DNA from: Daphnia carinata
Taxonomy: Eukaryota
NCBI RefSeq assembly: GCF_022539665.2
Contig: NC_081333.1
Span: 7,812,001 to 7,876,000 of the forward strand
Direction: 5' to 3'
Length of the DNA stretch: 64,000 bases
Made by a program: the position numbers and the translations under genes
Shown here: piece by piece, positions 44,341 through 53,760 of the stretch
Layout: the number at the start of each line of letters is the position of its first letter
How positions within the stretch are numbered: the first letter of the stretch is position 1
The notes under the pieces: model-generated
What the model was told of the DNA's origin: nothing
Database searches by the model: none
The model's input: the letters and a program-made list of their open reading frames with translations, nothing else

Positions 44341-44525
44341 TGCAACCCACTTGCATTACTTGTCACACTACTGTAACATCTAACACAGGTGTCAAACACA
44401 TAACAAAATTGTATAAAGAGTCACTTTATGAAGTGTGTACGTGGAAGTTGTCTGAAATTTTATAGCCTATATTTTTTTATTGAAATTCTAGGTCAAGTGC
44501 AGCACACCATTAAGAGTACTAAATC

Positions 44526-46167
44526 ATGGCATCAGCTGAAGAGTCGGTGAATGAAATTCAAAAATTTTGGAAAACTATTTTTCAACAAACGGATTTCACC
44601 CAACAACTGATGAACATTGCCGAAAATAATAACCCATTGACTAATTTTGAATTTTATCTATCTTGTTATGGCAAAGTATGGATTACTGCCAAACCTGCTG
44701 TACCGTTGGGGACAAATTTCATGAGTGATGTGTTTATTACTGATGCCTCTGTTGAAATTGGAGGTCAGTATACAGGATTTGTGAAGGTGAGCTGAAAATA
44801 TATATGATTCTAGATAATAAGATAAAATAAATCATTAGTGAATTTTCAATAGGTTCTTCCATCCAATCCATCTAGATTAGCAGCTGGTTTTATTGGAGGC
44901 TCATATCAAAGGGAATCAATAGTTTATCAACAATGGCTCCCTGAGCTAAAAGAAATTAGAAATTCAAAGAATCTGACCAACTCTGAAGTACCACTTAACG
45001 TTGCAGAGGCTTATTTTGTAAACCTTGCTTTGTCTAACGATGGCAATCGTTTAGAAAATGAAACTGTGTGTGTTTTGGAAGATTTGAAAAGGAAAGGCTA
45101 CCGTATGACGTCGTCCGCCAGATCAACCGATGGAATCGATTTTAATCATGCGAAAGTTGCACTTGTTACTTATGCCAATTATCATGCCCTGAGCGTGGCA
45201 AACCAACGTAGATTTGTAAAGAGCGATGGATCACCCGATTCTCCTTCATCGTACGAAATTTTTCGAAAGGATCCAAATTATATTAACCCAGCAGTTGTCT
45301 ATCGGACGATAGTTTTGCCCCAGTATATAAAGGTTTTGCATCACTTTCAGAAGGGAGAAGTAAGTACGTTGGGTTGCTTACAATTTATTAACTATTGCAG
45401 ATTGTCTCATTTAATATCTGCTGGAACAAGTAAGGTTGCCGATTGGCTGGACGGACTGTTGCCCGATCTTGAAAAAATATGGAGCTGGGAGTCATTTGTG
45501 GATAGCGGCCCCCTGACGTGTTTGTTACACGGTGATTCATGGAACAACAATATTCTCTTTCGTTATCCAAGCGAAACAAGCAATGAACCGGAAGAAATGG
45601 TGCTCATTGACTGGCAAATTGCACGCTATGGACATCCTTCGCACGATCTTGGCTACTTTTTGTTCTCGAGCACATCATCAAATTTCCGCAAACAACACTT
45701 AGATGAACTGTTTAAAGAATATTTTACTGCGCTTTCTATCGCACTAGGAAAATTGGGTATTGACCTGAGCAAGGAAAGCTATAACCAGGCGAAATTTTTG
45801 GAGGAAGTTAAGCAACGCTATATCCTTATGATGATGATTGCTCTCTTCATCTTACCCATTTTGCTTGATGACTCCAAAGCAAAAGATCATACTCTGAAAA
45901 ACGAAAACACCATTTCTAAGGATTCCAATAAGCCTGTCCAGGAAGGTATGGGAAAATGGGAGACATAAATTTCATTTTTTTTTTTTCGCTGTCATCCATA
46001 TGCTAATTCCGCTTTTAGATCAGTCCAAAGAACTGGATGAAGAAGGAACGAAAAATGGATGGCAGAGCCTGTTTGAATTTAATTCAGTCATTTCGAACCC
46101 TCTTCTCAGTAAAAGGATCGTTGAACTGATAACTGATGTGAAGGAAATGGTGCAAAAAACGAATTAA
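44526..46167 (+). CDS. Ecdysteroid kinase-like (EcKL / CHK kinase-like) protein; 4 exons, ~475 aa
   Basis: Motifs GTNFMS, VLEDLKRKGY, LLHGDSWNNNILFRY, LIDWQIARYGHPSHDLGYFLFSS. Exons 44526-44786, 44853-45359, 45435-45945 and 46019-46167 total 1428 nt. Confidence 0.9.
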
Positions 46168-46648
46168 GCAGCTACCGAGTCATTTCCAGATTAGATCAAT
46201 ACTTATTCACTGCTCTTCATTGTACGTCGCTATAATGCATGTATGGTTGAATTAAAGACAAATAATATAATAGGTAAAAATTCTGCTTCACTTAAATGAA
46301 TTGTATTCTAAGCTGGTATCATCAAATCAAAACTTTCTTGTACAATTCGTGGTTAAGAAAATTTCAAGTTGCTATCAACATACGACATACGGTTAAAATG
46401 ATTTTCCAAACTTAATAAAAAAATTTTCATATATATGCTTCTTGTATATGACCGAATATTTGACACAATGCTAGCGCGCCAGTACTCAACAGCGCTGGCA
46501 CGATGCAGCAAAAATATTTGGTGCATTTCTAAAATGGTTGACTTGATGAAAAAAATAACAATTTTATCGGAATCAGCATTCAATTTTGAATATACCCGGT
46601 GATATTCAACCAATTCTGATGAGTGTCGGTTTTTGCAGAAAAAAAATT

Positions 46649-46801
46649 TAAGCCCGACTAAGTAAGCCCGACTAAATAAGCCCAACTAGAATATATGAAG
46701 TTGTCTTAGAGAATTAAATAGAAATCTGACCGTTAGATGGCAAAAGCAGTAAAACAGAAAAAGAGCCATTTTTTTTTAAAGGGGATAAAACGGATTGCAT
46801 A
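46649..46801. mobile_element. Diverged terminal fragment of an element related to the foldback element, with a 3 x 14-bp TAAGCCCGACTAA array
   Basis: 46726-46801 (CTGACCGTTAGATGGC...AGAAAAAG...TTTT...TAAAACGGATTGCATA) resembles the element's right end at 51780-51880 (CTGAGCGGTAGATGGC...AGAAAAAG...TTTT...TAAAACGGATTGCCATA). Confidence 0.55.
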
Positions 46802-47059
46802 ACCTTTATCGTTACATATTATGGCAATATGGCAATCCGTATGGCATTATGGCAATCCGTTTTACATGAAAAAAAAAAAGAAAATGGCGGAAAAAAAAAA
46901 AAAAAATCACACTTTTTTCTCTTTTTTCTACCCGTAGCCATCTATCAGTCGGTTTCGATATGACAGGCATGTAAGCAATTTCAGTTAATTGTATCCCATT
47001 AGCAGTTAATGGAGTAGCGTGGCTGGAGAACAACGCGTGGCTGGAGGATCAATTGAAAA

Positions 47060-48071
47060 ATGGATAAGATAATAAAACAAAAAAATGGTAAGTATAAACA
47101 TTATTATATTGGTTTTCAATTATTAATTATTGTTTATTAGATCAAATAATGAAGCTGCAGGCCCAGTTATTGGAACAACACAAAATATTAGATAACAACG
47201 AAACTAAGGATGGTAGGCCTAATACGTAATGATTCTATTTATTTGCTTTTATTCATTCGTGTTTTGTAGCTCAAATTTTTGAGTCTACAAGCTCAGCTAG
47301 GGGAAAAGAACAAATTGGAACAAAACAGTTTCCAAACAGTGAAGGAGGTTTTTCAAAACTCATCCCTAACTGAACGTGAGGATGAGTTGGCATTAGGTGA
47401 ACACAGTCAGGTGCCTAAACTTTCCAAATAAGAATTCCAAATAAATATAGAATTTTAACAAACAATTATTTATTGTTTAGTTATTCAGTCCACCACCTGA
47501 CAGTGTGTTAAATTTAAATTCTGTTAGTGCTGCACTAAAAGAATTGTTAGTAATAAGTCCATGCAGCGAAGGAACTGAAGAATTGTGGTACTGTATTTGG
47601 GCGGAAAATGGGTGTGGTGTGGAAACACAGAAATGGCATGAGTTCAACCTAAAACATGGATTAGGTACTTCCCCGTTCTTTGTCTATCGAAAAAGTATTT
47701 TTAATGCTATTATTTTGCATTCACAGATTTTAACGGGGGATCAAGTAAAATCTGGAAGTGTTACAAGATGGAAGAGTGAGCCTACAGATGAAAAAACACT
47801 GAGAGTGCATTACCGTAAGGTGTGAGGTAAATTAATAGAGTAATGCAAATTGCCTAATGAGAAGTACCATCTTGTGTTAATGAATCCAGTACAACAGCAA
47901 TCCTTTATAGTTCTGTCACAGCTAGAAGCCTCAAATAATTCTGCTTCTCTGTCTAAAGAACAACTTGTCCTTTACGTTCAGAGTGTTGGGGAAACTGGGT
48001 ACTTAAATGGCCCTAAAGATGTTTTAATTTTGCTGCTATTGCAGAGATGAACATCATACATGGACTCTTTA
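47060..48071 (+). pseudogene. Degraded spliced gene in the left arm (unknown protein with coiled-coil-like N-terminus)
   Basis: A series of short GT-AG introns separates exons encoding MDKIIKQKN/DQIMKLQAQLLEQHKILDNNETKD/AQI..., with a frameshift at the T-run ~47276-47280 and further lesions downstream. Confidence 0.55.
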
Positions 48072-49195
48072 GGTATGAAAGGATTTTTCTTCAAATAATT
48101 TTGAATTTATGACGAAGAATTTCTCCTCCTTTTTGCCAACCAGGTCTTATCTACCAAAAAAAAATTTATCCAATAGGAAAGGATTTTCATGTACTGGGAA
48201 CACAACTATCAACAATGCAACATTCTACAGGTGCTAGTTTATCATTCAAGAGCCTTATACAATGAAGTTAATCTGCAATTTGTATGTCCTTTCCCAAGCT
48301 TCCACCAGAAGTTGAATCTATGAGTCATGTAAGTTCCATGATCAACAATTGATGTGTTTAACGGTGTTGTTTTTCTTTTCTCAATATAGGTTAATAGTAA
48401 CATTGGATCTGAAAAGATTCTTGGTTGGGGCAAGACACTGAATAAATTGTATTGATTGGATGGATGACATGACATTTCTATACTTAATTCGGATTCCCCA
48501 GACGGTATTTGATATTAAAAAAATTGAAGTGCATATCTGGGCTCCCTTCTTTTCTGAAGCCCCGTTTCCCCTTGACTCATAATAAGCCCGTAGGGGGTCA
48601 TGCCCCTACTGTACGGTATATATAAAAACAACATATACCGAGGTTTGGAGGGCTCTGGCCGGAAAGGGGACGTGGGGTGCCGCTTCGTCCGATGATGTGT
48701 TCACGGAGGGTGACGTGGCTGCCCACAAATCCGAACTAAAGGTTAATCGCTCCTGTAAAAATGTTCCAAATCTTCAGCTCTTCTTCCGGCTTCTCTTAGC
48801 CAATCACCGGGTAATCTCCCCGGTGGGTCAACAAGGCAGTGTCTCCCCCTGCCTGGGTTGACGGCAACTTTTGAAAGGGCTATTGTGCCTTTTTAAAGTT
48901 GCAAAAATAATTGTGATGTGCAGAGAATTGTCAATAAATTTTTTTTTATAAAATGTTTTTTGCAAAATTCTTTTCTTTCATTGTCTGTGTTCGCTTTGTT
49001 CACACATTACATTTATCAACTTTTTTTTTATTTAGCTTGCTCAATTCATTTTTATGGTTTTTGCCACCGTTGTATCGCTTATCTGTTAGTATTCAATTAT
49101 TATTTATTACACTTCTTGAATTCATGAACTTAGACAAGGAACAGCGTGTAATACCTGGATATTTTCTGAAGTAATTTTATATTTGTATATTGTTT

Positions 49196-49266
49196 TACTG
49201 GTATGGGAATCGATCCCCAGATATTCAGCGTGCAACGCCGATGCTCTAACATTGAGCCACGAGATA
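49196..49266 (-). other. tRNA-like (tRNA-Ala(TGC)-derived) Pol III module, probably a pseudo-tRNA
   Basis: A-box TGGCTCAATGTTAGAGC, anticodon arm TCGGC-GTTGCAC-GCTGA and T-arm TGGG-GATCGATT-CCCA. The acceptor stem does not pair. Confidence 0.65.
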
Positions 49267-49362
49267 TATCTATCATATCTATTATCGCATATCATATGTT
49301 ATAGTCTAGGATGTTTATGTAGTCTTTCACAACTATATATTTATCTTTTTATAGCTTTCATA

Positions 49363-49432
49363 AGGTTCATAGCTCTGTGGTAGAGCATTCAGCTGCGGTA
49401 ACTGTTACCCTGGGTTCAAACCTTAGTAGATG
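49363..49432 (+). other. Degenerate tRNA-like Pol III module
   Basis: A-box TAGCTCTGTGGTAGAGC and B-box GGTTCAAACC at tRNA spacing. Anticodon and acceptor stems are poor. Confidence 0.5.
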
Positions 49433-49514
49433 TATAAAGATCTACGTTTCAATTTTATTCAAAGTGTAAATGCAAGTCCGCAAGTGACTAGAAAAAAGCT
49501 AACCTGACATCATA

Positions 49515-49586
49515 TGATTCATGGCTCATTGGTATAGCATCGGCGCGGTATGCCGAACATCCAGGGTTCGATCCCTGGATAATAAT
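49515..49586 (+). other. tRNA-like Pol III module, probably a pseudo-tRNA
   Basis: A-box TGGCTCATTGGTATAGC, perfect arm TCGGC-GCGGTAT-GCCGA and T-arm TCCAGG-GTTCGATC-CCTGGA. No acceptor stem and no U33. Confidence 0.65.
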
Positions 49587-50622
49587 TGAATGCTTACAGA
49601 TAAACGATAAACCAATGGAAACAATGCTTACCATCAAAGGTGGCATAAACAATAAAGGTGAATTGAGCAAGCTAAATAAAAAAAAGTTGATAAATGTAAT
49701 GTGTGAACACAGACAATGAAAGAAAAAATTTTTGCAAAAACATTTTATAAAAAAAAATTTATTGACCATTCTCTGCACATCACAATTATTTTTGCAACTT
49801 TAAAAAGGCACAATAGCCCTTTCAAAAGTTGCCGTCAACCCAGGCAGGGGGAGACACTGCCTTGTTGACCCACCGGGGAGATTACCCGGTGATTGGCTAA
49901 GAGAAGCCGGAAGAAGAGCTGAAGATTTGGAACATTTTTACAGGAGCGATTAACCTTTAGTTCGGATTTGTGGGTAGCCACGTCGCCCTCCGTGAACACA
50001 TCATCGGACGAAGCGGCACCCCACGTCCCCTTTCCGGCCAGAGCCCTCCAAACCTCGGTATATGTTGTTTTTATATATACCGTACAGTAGGGGCATGACC
50101 CCCTACGGGCTTATTACGAGTCAAGGGGAAACGGGGCTACGGAAAGGAAGGGAGCCCAGATATGCACTTCAATTTTTTAAACATAAAATACCGTCTCGGG
50201 AATCCAAATTAAGTATAGAAATGTCATGTCATCCATTCAATCATTACAATTTATTCAGTGTCTTGCCCCAACCAAGAATCTTTTCAGATCCAATGTTACT
50301 ATTAACCTATGCTGAGAAAAGAAAAACACCATTAAGCATCTCAATTGTTGCTCATGTGACTTACATGACTTATAGATTCAATTTCTGGCAGAAGCTTGGG
50401 AAAGGCCATACAAATTGCAGATGAAAATCATTGTATAAGGCTCTTAAATGATAAAATAGCACCCCTAGAATGTTGCATTGTTGATAGTTGTGTTCCCAGT
50501 ATGCTGAAAATCCTTTCCTATTGGATAAAATTTTTTTTTTTTAGATTAGACATGGTTGGCAAAAAGTAGGAGAAATGCTTTGTCATAAATTCTAAAAATT
50601 TTCAAGAAAATTCCTTTCATAC

Positions 50623-51674
50623 CTAAAAAGTCCATGTATGATGTTCATCGCTGCAATGCCAACGAAATGAAACATCTTTAGGGCCATTTAAGTACCCAGC
50701 TTCACCAACACTCTGAATGTAAAGGACAAGTTGTTCTTTAGCAAGAGAAGCAGAATTATTTGAGGCTTCTAGCTGTGACAGAACTATAAAGGATTGCTGT
50801 GACAGAACTATAAAAGATTGCTGTGACAGAACTATAAAAGATTGCTGTTACACAGGATTCATTCACACAAGATGGTACTTCTCATTAGACAATTTGCATA
50901 CTCTATTACTTTACCTCATACCTTAATGGTAATGCGCTTTCAGTGTTTTTCAACTGTAGGCTCACTCTTCCATCCTGTAACACTTCCAGACTTGACTTGA
51001 TCCCCCACTAAAATTCTGTGAATGCAAAATAATAGCATTAAAAATACTTTTTCGATAGACAAAAAACCGAAAAGTACCTAATTCATGTTTTACGTTGAAC
51101 TCGTGCTATTTCTGGGTTTCCTTACCACACCCATTTTTCAGCCCAAATACGGTCCCACAATTGTTCACTTCCGTCGCTGCATGGACTTATTACTAACAAT
51201 TCTTTTAGTGCAGCACTAAGAGAATTTAACTTTAACACACTGTCAGGTGGACTGAATAACTAAACAATAAATAATTGTTTGTTAAAATTCTATACTTATT
51301 TTGAATTCTTATTTGAAAAGTTTAGGTACCTGACTGTGTTCGCCTAATGCCAACTCATCCTCATGTTCAGTTAGGGATGAGTTTGGAAAAACCTCCTTCA
51401 CTGTTTGGAAACTGTTCCGTTCCAATTTGTTCTTTTCCCCTAGCTGAGCTTGTAGACTCAAAATTTGAGCTACAAAACACAAATGAATAAAAGCAAATAA
51501 ATAGAATCATTACGGCCTTACCATCCTTAGTTTCGTTGTTATCTAATATTTTGTGTTGTTCCAATAATTGGGCCTGCAGCTTCATAATTTGATCTAATAA
51601 ACAATAATTAATAATTGAAAACCAATATAATAATGTTTATACTTACTATCCTTTTGTTGTATTATCTTATCCAT
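50623..51674 (-). pseudogene. Mirror copy of the degraded spliced gene in the right arm
   Basis: The first three exons splice in frame (MDKIIQQKD-NQIMKLQAQLLEQHKILDNNETKD-AQILSLQAQLGEKNKLERNSFQTVKEVFPNSSLTEHEDELALGEHSQ-LFSPPDSVL...). Stops and frameshifts follow, at positions different from the left copy. Confidence 0.55.
50773..50844 (+). repeat. 3 x 24-bp tandem duplication (CTGTGACAGAACTATAAARGATTG) unique to the right arm
   Basis: Three adjacent copies; the left arm has a single copy at ~47898-47921. Confidence 0.9.
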
Positions 51675-52273
51675 TTTTCAATTGTTCCTCCAGCCACGCG
51701 TTATTCTCCATCCACGCTACTGAACTAACTGCGAATGGCATCCAATGGACTGAAATTGCCTACGCCAGTAATAACGAGTCTGAGCGGTAGATGGCTACGT
51801 GTCGGAAAAAAAAGAAAAAGTGTGATTTTTTTTTTTTTTTGGCGAAATTTTTTTTTTTTTGTGTAAAACGGATTGCCATAGTTACACGACAAAATTGCTT
51901 TGGAAGGAATCATGTTGTTTTGTTTTTGAACTTAAAATTATAACTTATTTTACCTTCAATAATTAGTTGAACAGAAGCATAGAACTAAGCCATATTGGCC
52001 GAAATCCCAAGACAGTATTATTTTCACATTGGATTTAACGTTAACAAATTGATTTTATCTATAATTTCAATATCAATTATTAAATATTTGTTTAAAAAAG
52101 CTTACAAGGTATGTTTGGCAACCGATTTGCGCAACGTTGCCGCTCCGCAGAAAACCTTACCGGTAAATTCCAGAGCTGACGTGTCTTTCCAATTTTTGTG
52201 TTGTTTTCCTTCTGCTGTAGCATCGGGATTATTGTTTAAATAGATCTGTTTTATTGTTTTTCACGTGTTTGCA

Positions 52274-53195
52274 ATGGATCTTCGGTCTATAATTTTGTTC
52301 GCCTTCTTTCTCGTCTCAACTGTTCAAGGACTTATGTTTGAATTACAACCGAATGGCAGAAAATGCTTAAGAGAAGAAGTACAGAAAGATGTTCTCGTCA
52401 CCGGAGAATATGAGGTGTCTGAGGTTCCTGGCCAAAGAACGGATGTGAAAGTATGAATCATTAATTAATTACATGTTAGCTGTGTTTGAGAATACTATTT
52501 TGTTGGGCTAATAACAGGTAACAGATATCAAGGGACACACTTTGGTGAGCCATGAAGATAAAAGTAAAGGAAAATTTGCATTCACAACTGATGATTATGA
52601 AGTCTATGAAATTTGCTTTTTGTCCAAAGTCCCTCCTAGTAAGTTTCACAACAAAAAATTTTTAACTGTAAAGATAGTGACAACAAAATAATGATAAAGC
52701 TAAATAATCAATTTTCTTTTTCAGATCTGAGAGGGCAAAAACATGAGGTGGAGGTTACCATCAAAATGGGACTTGAAGCCAAAAATTATGAAACTGTAAG
52801 TTGGTTTGTTCATCTGAAAGCTGTGTTATTGTTGGTAACTAAACAATTATCGACTTAACCAATGTTGTATCTTTAGTTGGGAGAAGCTGCAAGATTAAAA
52901 CCCCTTGAAGTGGAACTTAAACGATTGGAAGACTTGTCTGAGGCAATTGTGCAAGATTTTGCATACATGAGACAAAGAGAGGAAGAGATGAGGGATACCA
53001 ATGGTAACTATTGTTTGATTCTGCTTGATACAAGAAGGTTTTTTAAATCCTGTTTAAAAATTCCTCTCTGCAGAATCCACCAATTCCAGAGTATTGTATT
53101 TCAGTGTTTTCAGTATGTTGTGTTTGGTTGCCTTGGCTACTTGGCAGGTGTTATATCTCCGCCGCTTTTTCAAAGCCAAAAAATTGATTGAATAA
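52274..53195 (+). CDS. TMED10: Transmembrane emp24 domain protein 10 (p24 delta; Drosophila baiser); 5 exons, ~205 aa
   Basis: Signal peptide, [51 protein letters not shown] and C-terminal [10 protein letters not shown]. Exons 52274-52450, 52518-52638, 52725-52795, 52877-53003 and 53074-53195 total 618 nt. Confidence 0.96.
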
Positions 53196-53760
53196 AATTA
53201 TTTCATTAAGTGTTTGACAATAAAGATGCCAGCGAAACCGAACAACTGTTCAACCAAACGAACTCGTCCTGGTGTCAATGGTTGTGTGTAATAACAGAAA
53301 AAGAAAATTTGCTCCAATCTCCGTTAATGCGTTTAAATTTAATTGTCAACTTTCAAAAAAATGTCTTGTTTTCGTCCTTCGAACGTCCAGTGCTATAAAT
53401 TTTTGCATATTGCACTTTTATGGCATCGCAGTAAAGCACTTCTAGTTGGATAATCGTAAATTGTTGGAAATCATGATAGAGTAACCATGATTTTCATCAT
53501 GCTGGATGAGACCCATTCAAATGTAAATAAGCTGACAGTAGATCAAAGGTTTAAAAGTTTACCAATGGCATTTCGCGCTTGACCGTCTCAATAGAAATGT
53601 TTCCACGCATCAAACCTGAAATCGCGAGTGAAAACGCTGAAACATAAAACGAGAATTGGCACTGTGCTAGCACAGTCTCACTTATTTTAGTTTACTGACG
53701 AATACATTTATTTGGGATGAATACAAACCATAATAGAGCGTAATGGAAATTCCTGTTGTG

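Larger units (their letters stand above)
46848..51880. mobile_element. Unclassified ~5.0 kb foldback / long-TIR element: arms ~46848-49103 and ~49579-51880 around a ~0.5 kb spacer
   Basis: The arms are colinear reverse complements over ~2.25 kb. Termini are TATGGCAATCCGTTTTACA ... TGTAAAACGGATTGCCATA. Mirror ORFs appear in the ORF track (48918+ / 49778-, 48475- / 50221+). No recognisable transposase. The inverted repeat is certain; the TE interpretation is inferred. Confidence 0.8.

Noticed and set aside
48650..48760. Hammerhead or HDV-like ribozyme in the conserved arm block
   Set aside because: Only partial resemblance (CCGATGA, CCACGTCGC); I could not assemble the required core and helices by eye.
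49196..49586. Functional tRNA genes
   Set aside because: Acceptor stems do not pair and conserved positions are altered, so they are reported as tRNA-like modules instead.
44167..50844. CRISPR-like arrays (11-, 14- and 24-bp repeats)
   Set aside because: Head-to-tail tandem repeats without unique spacers, in eukaryotic DNA with no cas genes.
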